Shown here: in pieces, positions 41,300 to 55,268 of the stretch
Layout: the number at the start of each line of letters is the position of its first letter
Position numbering within the stretch: the stretch's first letter is position 1
DNA from: Octopus vulgaris
Lineage: Eukaryota
Assembly: GCA_951406725.2 (NCBI GenBank)
Contig: OX597823.1
Span: 56,358,001-56,422,000, forward strand
Reading direction: 5' to 3'
DNA length: 64,000 nt
Position numbers and translations under genes: made by a program
The notes under the pieces: model-generated
What the model saw: the letters and a program-made list of their open reading frames with translations, nothing else
Databases searched by the model: none
Told to the model about the DNA's origin: nothing

Positions 41300-41635
41300 A
41301 ACCCTTTGACATTCATATTACTGTCAAATGAAATACTTAATTATTTGCATTGTTTTGATTTAATCAGGCATTATCTCATAGCCTTCAGATTTCCATGATG
41401 TGATTGTTGTTCATTTTTAGAATGATATTGTAGACTAGGTGTGAGAAGCCAGATCTTGCTGGTTTGAACATAAAATAGGTAGGACGTTTTGACCGGATGG
41501 TGTCAATTTAAATACTTAAGGGTTAACCTTTTAGCATTCAGGTTACTTTGGCAAATGTAATGCTTATTTATTCCCATTCTTTTGAATTTAATTATACATT
41601 ATCTTGTAGCTTTGGGATTTCAATGATGAGATTGA
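41300..41635. mobile_element. piggyBac-like MITE, tandem copies
   Basis: AACCCTTT..AAGGGTTAA ends with a TTAA junction at about 41523, followed by a second partial copy. Confidence 0.5.
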
Positions 41636-42669
41636 ATCAATTTGATCCCCTCCCACAAGCTGCCCTTATGGCAAAAATTTGAAATCTTTATTCAGTTTAT
41701 TTCAAGATTTCTTGCCAATAGAAAAAGAACCGGTTTCTAACCTAGATCCAAGATTCCTTCATTGGAATTTTAACATGAACAACAGGGTATTTTTGTTTGT
41801 TTTTGTTGTTTTTGTAAAATCTCAGAAAATAATTAAAAATTCACATTTTTTATCAAATTATTTTGTTATATTTGTCTATCTATCCAGATTTGTATGTTTT
41901 ATGAATGTATTCTCATGCATATAGTTGCATATCTAGACATGCTCATATATATTTAAAGGATAAACTTATGTATGCATGTATATATTTATGTATGTATATA
42001 TGTATGTATGTATTTTTATGTATGTGTGTGTTTAGGTATGTCTGTATATATATGTGTGTGTATGTCTACACAGATATGTTTGTGGCATATTTTAATGTTT
42101 AAAGGCAATTTCACTGCAATTTGCTGCTCAATGGCTCCTTCTGCTGGATCCCTAGACACTTTAAAATATGTCACAAACCCATCTGAACTAACCTTGTGTT
42201 TATCTATTTCCCACTACTGCTTCTTGCTAGTATGTGTATATTTGTTCTAACCAGATGGTCTACAAGTTCAAATCAAGTTCAAGACACATAAAGCTATGGC
42301 TTTCTAATCTGATCAGGATTACTTCTCTCTGGTATTCTCTACTGAGAAAGGCATAGGGAGTCAGAAATACATTTAGGGTTCCAAGACAGGGTAACTGAGC
42401 TGATGATCATGTATTTACACCTTTATTATAAGCAAGAACTTTTTCTCCAGGGTAAACTGCAACAAAATTGTGTTTGGAAGTTAACATGTGCCACTAAAAT
42501 ATTTGAATTAACCTAAAGTTTGTTTATTTGCCATCACTGCACTGCTTTATTCTGTTAGTTGTAATATGTACACAGACATGACAGAAGTAAATAGACATCC
42601 TTACACTCATTAAAATTTATTTAAATCTGAAATTATACATTCAAATTATTTATTAATCATTATAATGTG

Positions 42670-43650
42670 AATATATAATATTTAGTAGACATTCTCCTTG
42701 CACTTTTCAATGCAAGGATCTTATTAGGCATGTTACAGATCAGATTATGAATATCCTCTTGAGGAATTTCTTGCCAAGTTTCTTGCAGTAATCTCAAAAG
42801 ATCTGGCTTTGAAGATACTTTCTTGTTCTTTTTATGAAATGTCCTGTCCATTATATCCTAGAGGTGTTCAATAGGGTCCATGGAAGCTTTTTAATGCCAT
42901 TCTCATCCAGCAAATCTTGGGTCATTTTAGCTGTGTGACAAGGAGCCCCATCTTCCATAAATAAAGAGTCTTCTTTAATCATTTTTCCATTGGAGAAGAT
43001 TGGAAGGAGTCCTTTCTGCAATATGGACACATATTTATCTGAGTTTATGTTTCCCACACACTCCACCATTTCTGATTAACCATTGCTCCAAATTGGCTCC
43101 CAGACCATCACAGAATAGCTACTGTGTTTCATTGTTGGCTGCAATCTTTTCACATCAAATTCTTGATCACAGAGTCTCTAAACCCACACTCGACCACAGT
43201 TAGGAAATACAGCAAATCTGGACTCATCAGAGAATATGACTGTGTCCTAAAATTCTAGTGGCCTCTCCACCATCTCACTAGCCCAATCTTTTCTCCACTT
43301 GATGTTAGCTGATCAAAGAAGTGGCTTCTTTCTTGCTGCTCTGCCATAGTAACCAAGTTTGTAGAGGTACCTGACAGCTGTTCTGGGACTTAACATCAAC
43401 TTGTTCTGCTATGTTAGAGGCCTTGCAATGAGGATCATCCTCCACACTTCTCTTAGCAAAGAGAAAGGTCCTGTCAGAGGGCCCTGGTTGATCTGGGCGA
43501 TGTGATGTGGACTCCTTCCCTTCCCTCTCTGGTGACTTGCACAATCACTCTATTAACTGTAGAAAGCAGGATCCCAAGGTTTTTGTGATTTTACACTGAC
43601 TATGTCCCCCTTCATAAAGAAGAATGGAGAATTATGCATCTTCAAAATTT
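42670..43650 (-). mobile_element. Tc1-like transposase remnant
   Basis: IFSDES, FMEDGAPCHTAK and LQETWQEIPQEDIHNLICNMP across several frames. Confidence 0.8.
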
Positions 43651-45087
43651 GCTATTACAATATTATTCTCATTAAATTCCAATCTGACACGTGTTCTTGC
43701 TGGATAAGTGTCCATTGATGTAGCATTTGTGTGCATTTAATTGATTCAGTTGCAGTAATATTCATCTAGTGGAGGTGCAATGGCCCAGTGGTTAGGCCAG
43801 CGGACACACAGAGGATCACGGTTTCGATTCCCAGACCGAGCGTTGTGTGTGTTTATTGAGCGAAAACACCTAAAAGCTCCACAAGGCTCCGGCAGTGGGT
43901 GGTGGCGACCCCTGTTGTACTCTTTCGCCACAACTTTCTCCCACTCTCTCTTTCTGTTTCTTGAGTAACGCTGTGATGGATTGGTGTCCTGTCAAGCTGG
44001 AGGGAACACATACGCCATAGAAACCGGGAAACCAGGCCCATGAGCCTGGCTAGGTTTGAAAAGGACAACAAAAAAAAAATATATTAATCTAACATATTCA
44101 TCAAACATAGACTTTCCTATGTAGTGTTTGGAAGTTAAAATGTGCCACTAAAATATTTGAATTAATCTAAAGTTTGTTTATTTGCCATCGCTGCACTTGC
44201 TTTATGCTGTTAGTTGTATATGTACACAGACATGACAGAAGTAAATAGACATCCTTACAATCATTAAAATTTATTTAAATCTGAAATTATACATTCAAAT
44301 TATTTATTAATCGTTATAATGTGATTATTTAATATTTACATGCAGCTGGGATAAGTAAACTAAATGCACACAAATGCTACACCAAAGGACTTCAGAACAT
44401 TTGTCCAGCAGAAACATGTGTTGAATGTAATGAGAATAATACTGTAATAAAAAAATTTTTTAAATGTATAATTCTATATTCTTCTTTGTGATGTCTTGAT
44501 TTTACACACACACAAACACATACATATATACATACATACACATACACTAACATATATATATATGTGCGCACACACACACACACATATATATACATAGATA
44601 TGTATATATATGTGTGTGTGTGTGTATGTATATCTATCTATATATATATATCTATACACACACACACACACACATATACATACAAACAAACATACATACA
44701 TACATATATACATGCTTACATATGTAAACTTGCACACACAGATATATGCAAATTTTGTTTTATGTATGTACATACACGTACGCACATACACATGTGTATG
44801 ACAAAGTTTAAATCTCTAGCTATGTATGTATATATATTATACATATACAACATACATACATACACACACACACATACACACAAAAACACACATACACTTA
44901 CATGCATATGCTTGTGTGAATGCATGTGGTATGTGCGTTTCAGCACTAAATTTTAATATTTTCAAAATTTAAAAAATTGTTCCTTCATTAATTTTTTTTT
45001 TTTAAATTCGATACGGAACAAGTGAAATGTTGCAACATTTACAAGCGTCGAAATTTGTGTATGTATTCCATATGTACCTTAGATATT

Positions 45088-45136
<49 letters not shown>

Positions 45137-45279
45137 CTACTACCTCTTGTAACTGAAAGGCAGCGTTCTTTTCTTGAAATTATTTAAAAAATTAAATAAC
45201 AAAAAAAAATTTATAAAATGACTGTAAAAAACCATTTGAAATTGAAGTTTTCCTTTTTAAGTTTAATATTAGTTAGTCA

Positions 45280-45480
45280 CTGAGAGTTACCTCCCATGCT
45301 TACCATCCTCTGTAACGTTTTTTTCAGTCACTAGATGTCGCCTGAAATACTTCAGCCATCAGCACTCAACGGTACGGAAACAAAGATGGCGTAGGGACCT
45401 CGTCTATCCGTTCGACGCTGTTGGCCGGACTGATCAATAGCTGGTCGTCGTCCTTCTTCTTCAAAGTGCATCCTGAATCG
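45280..45480 (+). promoter_or_regulatory. Probable TADA2B promoter/5' UTR start
   Basis: Unique CpG-rich patch about 400 bp upstream of the ATG, with CTCF-like CACTAGATGTCGC (45329-45341), ETS-like CGGAAA and YY1-like AAGATGGCG (45383-45391). Confidence 0.55.
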
Positions 45481-45797
45481 ACGATTTTTCCCACTACAAG
45501 AACAATGTATTTATTTTTTAAACTATTTCGAATATTATCTCTCTGAAAAAAACACACGCAGTCATCTACATATACACTCATCATTATATGCTTGTCTTCA
45601 CCCTCTATAACTATATTGCCTTTCTCTTTACTCTCTCTATATAGTTATATGCTGTTTACTCTCTGTACCCCTCTCTCATTTTCTACAACTCCTCCTCCTG
45701 TAACTTTGCTCTCCAACTCCGTCTTCGTCAAACTGCTCTTAACGTTAGTGATTATTACACCACACACCGATCAGCCTTCGCTGTGGTGACCACCACC

Positions 45798-47249
45798 ATG
45801 GCTAACGCTCGGTGCGGCAATTGCGAATTAGAGTTCGATTCTAGCTATATCCATTGTACTGAGTGTCCAAACTTCGACGTGTGTCTTATATGTTTTGCAA
45901 ACGGTGCTGAGATCGGTAATCATCTCAGGGACCATAGCTATAAAATCATGCATCTAACTGCCAGAACAGTGAATGTGTTTGAGACTTCTAAACCTTGGAG
46001 CCTGGCTGAAGAAACCATGCTTCTGGATGCTGTAGAGCAATACGGTTTTGGTAACTGGGAGGATGTTGCCAATCACGTTAAAAGTAGAACTTTGTCCGAG
46101 TGTCAAGAACATTACGTTACCTTTTATATTCACGGCAATGTTGGCGCAATTAGTTTCCCTGATGAAAACACCAGGTCAAACTACCGCCCCATTCCGGATA
46201 GCACCCCTCCGATCAAAAAAGAGAAGAGTACCTCTGAAAACAACGAAGGAAGTGGAGATGCTTCTGGTGATAATGCAAGTTGTGATATCAATGGTTTAAG
46301 TAACGGATCACCCATGCCCCTTGTTGACTTAACAGCAGCCGAGCAGAAAGACCTTGGTTACATGATGTTACGTGGTGACTTTGAAAGGGAGTATGATAAT
46401 GATGCTGAAGCAGTGATCAGTTCGATTGCAATAAACTATGACGATGAGGAACTGGACATCTTGTTCAAGCTGTCTCAGGTAGACCGCTATCGAAGTCGTT
46501 TGGCTGAACGAGAACGAAGGAAAAGGCTAGCATGTAAGTTTGGACTTCTTTCAACCAATGCCTTATTTTCAAACAACAATACCAGTGGTAAACCAAAGTC
46601 ACAGCAGACCAAGAAGACCAAATCCTCATCGTCAAGTTCAGCTGGTTCAAAAGATGACAAAGATGTCATCGATAGAATGCGAGTGTTTGCTCGTTTCCAG
46701 ACATTCCATGAACACAAGCAGTTTTGTGACAACATGCAACGCGTCAAAGACGTGCGCTGTCACATAAAAGACCTCCTCAGGTACCGACGAAATGGCTTGA
46801 CCAAATCGAACGAAGTGGAGCTTTTTGAAGAAGTGAAAATTAAAAAAGAGCGTCGAGCTGACAGAAGCAAAAAAGTAGCAAACTCCTTGATGAACAAACG
46901 TTCCATGTCTTCATCATCGACACTTGTATCAAAGAAAAATGAATGCAAACTGGACATTATAATTGATGACGATGATGAAAATCCGGACGATTGTGATGAT
47001 GAAAGCACCAAGGATATGTCCTCCCTCCCTAACTATGAACAACTTTCAAACAGCGAAAAGAGACTTTGCAGTAGTCTTCGCTTAACTCCATCCAACTACA
47101 TAACTATAAAAACTTCTATCATCAGAGAATCTTTGCAACGACAGCATGGATATCCAGTTAAAATTCGTTATCCAAGTTACCTGGACAAAACACATCGACG
47201 GAAAATAATTAATTTTCTGACAAACAATGGTTGGATTTGTGTCACTTGA
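45798..47249 (+). CDS. TADA2B: Transcriptional adapter 2-beta (ADA2b, SAGA HAT module), uninterrupted 483-aa ORF
   Basis: ATG in a strong Kozak context (caccaccATGg) at 45798, TGA at 47247-47249. N-terminal ZZ zinc finger (CGNC..IHCTECPNFDVCLICFANGAEIGNHLRDHSY), SANT/Myb domain (WSLAEETMLLDAVEQYGFGNWEDVANHV..CQEHY), ADA2 motif GYMMLRGDFEREYDNDAE, C-terminal SWIRM (LSNSEKRLCSSLRLTPSNY..YLDKTHRRKIINFLTNNGWI). The beta assignment rests on the C-terminal pattern. Confidence 0.93.
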   Translation: MANARCGNCELEFDSSYIHCTECPNFDVCLICFANGAEIGNHLRDHSYKIMHLTARTVNVFETSKPWSLAEETMLLDAVEQYGFGNWEDVANHVKSRTLSECQEHYVTFYIHGNVGAISFPDENTRSNYRPIPDSTPPIKKEKSTSENNEGSGDASGDNASCDINGLSNGSPMPLVDLTAAEQKDLGYMMLRGDFEREYDNDAEAVISSIAINYDDEELDILFKLSQVDRYRSRLAERERRKRLACKFGLLSTNALFSNNNTSGKPKSQQTKKTKSSSSSSAGSKDDKDVIDRMRVFARFQTFHEHKQFCDNMQRVKDVRCHIKDLLRYRRNGLTKSNEVELFEEVKIKKERRADRSKKVANSLMNKRSMSSSSTLVSKKNECKLDIIIDDDDENPDDCDDESTKDMSSLPNYEQLSNSEKRLCSSLRLTPSNYITIKTSIIRESLQRQHGYPVKIRYPSYLDKTHRRKIINFLTNNGWICVT

Positions 47250-47452
47250 TAAACTTCTCATTGCAAATAATCATTCTTTGGCCCCAAAATCCTAATTTGT
47301 TTTTATTTTATACAGTATTTTGGAAGATAAAATATGAAGTAATTTTAAGTAAGTATAAAAAATTTTTATTTGAATCATTTCAAACTTTATATATATACAC
47401 ATACATGTATATATATTTATAAATATAATCATATATATATATTTATATACAT

Positions 47453-47485
<33 letters not shown>

Positions 47486-47797
47486 GTATATATACATATA
47501 TATACATGCATATATATATATATATATATATATGTATAAAGATTACAAAAATTCATGTATACTGGCATTGAAGGTGGGTGTTAAAAGATATATATATATA
47601 TATATATATGATTTACACATTGCTGAGAATGTATATCCTTGTGGATTTTTCTTCATTATTAAAAGAAGCAGGTTCTATTAATCTGTACCTTGGAAAGGTG
47701 AGTTTGATGTGGTCTAAAATCTTGCAATGGTGTGAATTCCTCCAAAGGTACTGACGGACAAGTGATGGTGCAAAATATGGCAGTAAGTGTGTGTTCA

Positions 47798-47840
<43 letters not shown>

Positions 47841-48328
47841 ACATATATATATGTACACCTATACACACACATACATATATATATGTGTGTGTTTATATAT
47901 ATATATGTACACATATACACACACATATATGTGTGTGTGTATATATATATGTATATATAGATATATATGTATAGATATATATGTATGTATATATATGTAT
48001 GTATGTATATATATGTATGTATAGATATATATGTATGTATAGTATAGATATATATGTATAGATATATATGTATATATATGTATATATATATATGTATATA
48101 TATATATATGTATGTATAGATATATATGTGTATATACATATATATATACATACATATATATGTGTGTGTGTATATATAGGTATATATGTATGTGTGTAGG
48201 GCATACAGCTGTAAAATCCGTGCCAGAAACAGACATAGTAGCTTGTGGTAGTTTTTCTACCTGACTGGATCCTGTCAACCATCCTACCCATACATGCATG
48301 GAAGATGGACGTTAAATGATGATGGTAG

Positions 48329-48359
<31 letters not shown>

Positions 48360-50699
48360 CACACACACACACGCCATATTCTGTCGAACTGTCCAATCCA
48401 TACCAGATAAGGTGACTGATGTAAAATGTTGATGTGTATGTATTTAGGCTTTTTTTTTTCTTTAATTTGCCAACTCAAATGAGGAAGTACCAATGATCTT
48501 TTATGATACGTTTGTGACTGGCATAGGAAACAAAGGAAATACCATGAGTCATAACATAATCCAAAACCAGATGGCTATGGTGAAAGTTTCTTAACGCAAC
48601 AAACAATGCCTGCTACAGTATATATCTTTTATCTTTTACTTGTTTCAGTCATTGGATTGCTGTCTTATTGGAGCACTGCTTCAAGGTGTTTTAGTCAATC
48701 CAATCGACCCCCACAACTACTAAGTGTTTTTAACTTTGGGACTTAATGTATCATTCTCTACTACCAAGCTTCTAACTTATGGGGATGCAAGCAATCCAAA
48801 ATTGGTTATGAAGCAATGGAGAGGAAGCAAACATACACACACGCACACACACATACATACATACATAATGCCCTTCCACAAGTTTCCATCTTCCAGGTTC
48901 ACTTCCAAGGTGTATTAGTTGACCTGGGGTCCATAATAGAAAGTACTTGCCTGAGGTGCCATGCAGTAAGATTGAACCTAAAACCATGTGATCGCAAAGT
49001 CAGCTTCTCAACCCCCACAGCCATGCCTGCACTTGTTTGTATGTATGTGTATATATCATCATTATCGTCATTGTTTAATGTCTGCCTTCCATACTGGTAT
49101 GGGTGGGAGTTTGACAATTTGGCAGGATTTTTACAGCCTGATGCCCTTCCCATCAAGAATCACCCAACAGACAGTGGTGAGTGTATAGGGATAGATTATC
49201 CAGGCAGTTACCATGGTAGCTCTCAGGTATATTCCAGGTTACTGCTAACTGCATCAAGTAGAAATAAGTGTCATTGATTGCTTAGTATTAGCAATCCCAG
49301 CTTTAATTCCTGATGAGTAGCTCCAGGTTCTGTGGATTGTAAATATTATCAGGAATGTAGATTTCAAACAATTATAAAGAATATGGAGACTGGTACATCA
49401 AATTTTTCTTTTAATCTCACAGCTGGTTTTGATGACCAACACATTTTAATTTTTACAAAGGAAAGGTTGAAAGTGACTTCGAAAGTTAAGGTTGCTTGCT
49501 CTCATCAAACACTATAACTTGACATATAAATGTGTGTATATATATATATATATATACTTGGGTGTGCTTGTTGTTAATACTTACACAGGACAAAATCTGG
49601 TGTTAATGTTGTGCCATTTATTTTATGTCTTATTGGGAAATGTTACAACAATGATTGATCAGTAAACTATGTATATACATAGAGAGATATATATGCTCAC
49701 ACATGAAGGGCATCCAGCCGTAGAAACACTGCCAGATCTGACTGGGCCTGACGAAGCCTTCCAGCTTCACAGACCCCAGTTGACCCGTCCAACCCATGCT
49801 AGCATGGAAAGCGGACGCTAAACGATGATGATGATACCAGTCTTATAAAAATAATTACTGGGGTCAATATGATCCTCTGTATGGCAGCTGTCCAGTGACT
49901 AAAGCCAGTGAAGGCTTTTCTGTATATATATATGTGTATATATCTTACACACACACATATATGTATATATATAGACTTCGGTGACAGGATTGACGTGAAC
50001 TAGTGAACATATTCATAAATATATATATATAGGACTTCAGTTTTCACATAGGTATTTCAAAGTTACAAAATCTATAAAATGTAATAAATTTGGCATTTGC
50101 ATTTATTTTTTTTATCACAGAAATCTGTACTATTAACAATACATATGTTTCAATAATAGGAGTGTGTGTATATTACACACACACATATATATATATATAT
50201 ATTCATACAAACATACACACACTCACACATACATACTCATATATACACTACAAAATTGTTAGTGATAGGAAGGGTATTTCACCATAGAACAGAAGCCAGA
50301 AATGAAATATACTAGTGAGATGTCCTATGACCCGGCTGACCTGAGATTCTGTGGAAAGTGAATTTAAAATGATGATGATGATGCACATATTATATTGTAT
50401 ATTTTGTATACATGAATGTTTCGCCAATGGGCATGGCCTTGGAAAGAGCTATACAACCATAAATATCATAAGCCAAGCTGACTTATGCCACTTTGCAGAC
50501 TGTGTTGTTTTTTATGCAGCTCTCTAAAATTCTGCTTGGGAAATGCTTGATTTTTCAGATATTTCTCTATTGGTACAGTGATCAAGTGTATTTCTTTCCC
50601 TGTTGACTTCATTTGTTTCAAATACTTTCAATGAGGACTATACTTAGTCCTTGATTTATGCTAAGAGTATTTTTGGCATTCAACTTCAAACAGTTACTG

Positions 50700-51040
50700 T
50701 TCTCAGAACTTTCTGATCGTTCATTTGCATAAGTGGTGCTTGAGTATCATTGCCTCGATGCTTTAGACTTTGGCTCTCATCAAAATCTCTGTCTAGTGTC
50801 CACAAAGCCCAGGTGACATTATGTTAAACACCTCTAAGGAAAGCTCTCAAAGATCTTCACACATTTGTAAAGGAACTGTGAGTAAAGAAAGGTCATCACA
50901 CAGGCATGATGCACTGCAATTTTTGCCTTCCTTGTGATGCCATTTTGGGACCATTCACAAGACTTGACAACCCTGAAGGAATTGGTTGCTCTCTGAAGCC
51001 TGATGACAAGTTTCACCATTTATGGAGCTAGAGTGGCTGA
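50700..51040 (-). mobile_element. RTE-like LINE RT C-terminal remnant
   Basis: RLQRATNSF..WSQNGITRKAKIAVHHACVMTFLY resembles the RTE post-RT region. Confidence 0.55.
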
Positions 51041-51337
51041 GTGCAAGATAGTTTCATGCATATCATTCTTAAGATAAACCAGAACATTACAATGATCTAG
51101 TCAAGGCTAATTCTGAGCCCTAGCACCTTACAAAATGCACAAATGTGATCCATTGAAATAGATGCAGGCATGGCAGTGTGGTTGAGAAGTTTGTTTCCCA
51201 ACTACATGGTTTCAAGTCCAGTCCTGCTGCATAGCAACTTGGGCAAGTGTCCTCTACTGTGGCCCTGTGTCAACTGAACTGGATTTGGTAGATGAAAACT
51301 GAAAGAAGCTACTCATGAGTGTGTGTGTGTGTGTGTA

Positions 51338-51730
51338 TATGATGGCTGCCCCCTCGTTATTGAGTATGGCCATTGCAAGAAGCTTATCTGTTATTGGTGC
51401 TGTGATCGAATGTGACTTTTTTAGCCCAGCTAAAAATCTACAATGTCTAAAAACCTTTGCCGGTAATAGCTGGCTGTAGTTGTAACTGGGCTTCATGTAC
51501 CTTTGCATGTTGTTTAAGTCCTCCTGCCGAATTACACTCTCTTCCACATGCCTGACAGATATGATTAGTATGGTGTGTTACACCACCACCAGTGGCCAGG
51601 CTGTCACTCATCTGTCTCACTTTATGACTACGAAGATGACTCTTGAGTCCAGCTTCACTGAGGCAGGGTCTTGCACAGACACTGCATGTCAGCATCATAG
51701 GAAGACCCTTCCCATTTGGAAGTGTAACAG
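51338..51730 (-). mobile_element. RTE-like LINE 3' end with two C2H2 fingers
   Basis: CSVCARPC..GLKSHLRSH and CQACGREC..GLKQHAKVH, with tail GCCATACTCAATAACGAGGGGGCAGCCATCA. The tail also occurs at about 10017-10046. Confidence 0.65.
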
Positions 51731-52191
51731 CGATGCCCTTCCTGACATCCCTCCTTACTTTCTCATGTGCAAATTCACATATATACATACATACACACAC
51801 ATATAGACAGGTGTGTATGTTTGGGTCTCCTAATCTTGACATTGAATAATGGTCATTCATTTCCAATATTCTGCATAAACATGTCTGGCTATGGGGAAAA
51901 ATTACTTTACATGGAAACAGGTAAGGGTTGGTGACAAGAAGGACATCCAGCTGTCGAAAATCTACTTCAATAACTTCATTTGACTCATGTGAGCATCGAA
52001 AAATAACTGTTAAAACGATGATGATGGTGGCAGGGGTGGCTGTGTGGTAAGTAACTTGTCTACCAACCACATGGTTCCGAGTTCAGTCCCACTGCGTGGC
52101 ACCTTGGGCAAGTGTCTTCTATTAGAACATCGGGCCGACCAAAGCCTTGTGAGTGGATTTGGTAGACGGAAACTGAAAGAAGCCCGTCGTA

Positions 52192-52222
<31 letters not shown>

Positions 52223-52867
52223 GCATTTGTGTGTCTGTGTTTGTCCCCTAGCATTGCTTGACAACCAATGCTGGTGTGTTTATGTCCCCGTTACTTAGCA
52301 GTTCGGCAAAAGAGACTGATAGAATAAGTCCTGGACTTACAAAAGAATAAGTCCCGGGGACAAGTTGCTCGATTAAAGGCGGTGCTCCAGCATGGCCGCA
52401 GTCAAATGACTGAAACGAGTAAAAGAGTATATCAGGTGCAGGCATGGCTGTGTGGTTAGAGGCTTGCTTCCCAACCACATGGTCCTGGGTTCAATTCCAC
52501 TGCAGGGCACCTGGAGCAATTATTTTCTACTATAGCCTGAGGCTGACCAAAGCCTTGTGCGTGGATTTCGTAGACAGAAATTGAAAGAAGCATATCATAT
52601 ATATATATGATGGGCTTCTTTCAATTTCTGTCTAAATATATATATGTATGTATGTATCTTTGTGTGTGTTTTGTAACCCCACTATTGCTTGACATGCTGG
52701 TGTGTTTATATCCCCATAACTTAGTGGGTTCAGCAACAGTAATCAATAAAATAAGAAGTAGGCTTACAAAGAATAATTTCTGGGTGTGATTTCTTTGATT
52801 AAAACCATTTAAGGCAGTGCTTCAGCATTGTCATAGTCAAATGACTGAAACAAGTAAAAGAATAAAA

Positions 52868-52917
<50 letters not shown>

Positions 52918-53315
52918 TAAACGGGACAACAAAACATCCAGATAGACGATACAAAGAAAACAAGGATGGGTCATTCAAAGTTTTCTTTCCTCAGTCATGT
53001 ACCAGTTTATCTTCGCAATTTCATATATATATATAGATATAGATAGATATATACACACACACACTCTCACAAATGGTGTGTTGTTTGTATAGTGGATAAA
53101 TACAGTTAACTAGTATTATTGAACAGGAAACAAAGTAGATTCTCAGTCATGAATGAATGATTTCAGTAGCCGAAAGCAGAATTGTGATAAAAAGTTGATT
53201 ATTTTTCTTTTACATTTTTCTGTTTGTTTTTTTTTTACCTTTTTCCTTTTTTTTTTAAATGAATATTTTTCTTTTAAATCATCTAAAACTTATTTTGTAA
53301 TCACTTTATTTATGA

Positions 53316-53350
<35 letters not shown>

Positions 53351-53553
53351 TCTATTCTTGTGCAAGAATGTTGTTGATAGTGACTTCCAAGTTTCGGCCA
53401 GTTAAACCGTCGTTGGACTGCTGAAACTTAGAAAACACTGTCAACAACATTCTTGTATAAGAATAATAAATTTGTACTCTACAAAAGTATAGAGTGACCC
53501 ATCATATTAATGTAAAATTGTTTTTATTACAGCTGAACATGAAATGAAACATT

Positions 53554-53585
<32 letters not shown>

Positions 53586-53587
53586 TG

Positions 53588-53896
53588 CACCTCCTCAACT
53601 TATGACCATCCGCACTTACGACCACAAAAAATAAGAAAATTAAAAAAAATAAATAAAAAATTGATTTTCAGACGTTGGGCAGTTGCTCGTATGATAACTA
53701 TGGCAGCATCTGGCAACGCAGGCCTCTCTCAGACCCAGGCATCTATTGCGTACCACTGTACCTCACTAAGTCACTTTCAAGTATCAGATGCGTTTGAATG
53801 AAAATAATGTTGAAAGATATAAATCCGACATATGACCAGATTGAATTACGACTTGTCAGTTGAAACGGAACTCGGTCATAAGTTGAGGAGAAGGTG
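53588..53896. mobile_element. pogo/Tigger-like MITE
   Basis: TIRs CTCCTCAACTTATGACC / GGTCATAAGTTGAGGAG, with TA on the right flank. Confidence 0.65.
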
Positions 53897-54211
53897 TATA
53901 TGAGAGAGAAAGAGAGAGAGGCAGATAAATGCAAGTAACCTTAATGTGTATATTTACATGTAAATACAGGTTACAGAAAATTATTGCATAAGCTATATAA
54001 TAACTTTTTTCCATCATTCTATATTTTGTATTCCATGTAAATATAGGCATTGAGAGCCTACTTGCGTTTATCAGCCTTTCTGCCTTCATAACAGCTCATC
54101 ATGGATTGTTTCTTATACCTTATTTTCAATATCAGAGGCACCAGTCCTCGATGGTGGAGTTGGAGTTTATTTTTTCATCTATCTGAGAACTACTACCTAC
54201 AAACATATATA

Positions 54212-55268
54212 CAGGCTGTTCAGGCTAAATTTGACAGTTTGCATAAAAGGAAAAATTAGCTCTATTTATTCCAAAAATAAAAGTATTGTAAAACAAGAAA
54301 ATTACAGCAAAGCTGCATGAAAGTGCTGTCAGATGTGGTATGCAGACCGTCGTATAACTTGTTTGATATTGTGTTTTTATTCTTCTCTTTATTGTGTGTT
54401 TATTCGTCTTTGAGCAATTCCTGGTTCTTAGTCAAAACTGTTTACAGATCACAGCCATCTCACGAACTTGTGGTCATGAGGAGTACTTCACGCTCCGATG
54501 GTTGTGAAAAAAAAATCAAAAAGTATCAACTGGATTATGGCTAGGAGTTAACAGTTTACTCAAAGTAGCTGCCCGCAGCTTCCACTGTGGCCTCAAGATG
54601 GCTCTAGAACCTGACACATGCATTCTTCACTGTGTCCCTAAGGAAGATCTTTGAACACCTCCTTGATCTTGGCCGACAGCTTGGCCTTGGTGTTGCAGGC
54701 AAAACAGCTGGTGTCTTTCTCAACTGTACCCCATATATGGTAATCCATGGGATTATAATCAGAGGAATTAGGAGGCCAGAAATTGGGGTTGATGAAATTG
54801 TAGTAATTCTCTAACAACCATTTCTGACTCTTTCTGGAGTTATGGCTAAGCACTGAATCCTGCAGCCACACATATAGCCTTCTAGCAGCAACCCTTTCCA
54901 GCCAGTTTTTGACCAGTCTCCAGACATAGCCATCTGAATTAGCCCCTTTTCAAAGATGTAGGGTAGCATGATATCACCTTTACTGGAAACACACCGAAAG
55001 ACCATCACAGTTTGGGGGAATTTGGTTTTCGTGATGTCCACGTCACATCTTACAGCCTTTACAGTGTTCACAGAGCATTGAGCAGCAGTCATGATGTTGG
55101 TATTTTGTTACCTTTTCCAATATTCAGATGGTTTCCAGTCCTCCATGTCAGCTGACTTTTACTCAACTACAACTTCAATATTTATGCTCTCCAATGCCAT
55201 TGGCTGTTTATCAATACATCAAACTGTTTTTGAAAAAAAATATTGTCAAATTTAGCCTAAACACCGTG
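54212..55268 (-). mobile_element. maT (DD37D) transposon fossil
   Basis: TA-flanked TIRs CA.G.TGTT.AGGCTAAATTTGACA. KTKFPQTVMV and QDSVLSH..WPPNSSDYNPMDY with 37 residues between the Asp residues. Confidence 0.85.

Noticed and set aside
45783-45797. GTG start of the TADA2B ORF in the supplied track
   Set aside because: This is a eukaryotic gene, and the in-frame ATG at 45798 has an ideal Kozak context directly before the ZZ finger.
51447-52070. 207-aa C2H2 zinc-finger gene
   Set aside because: It is a chimeric read-through of SINE pieces and an RTE-like LINE C-terminus with its tail, and lacks TGEKP linkers.
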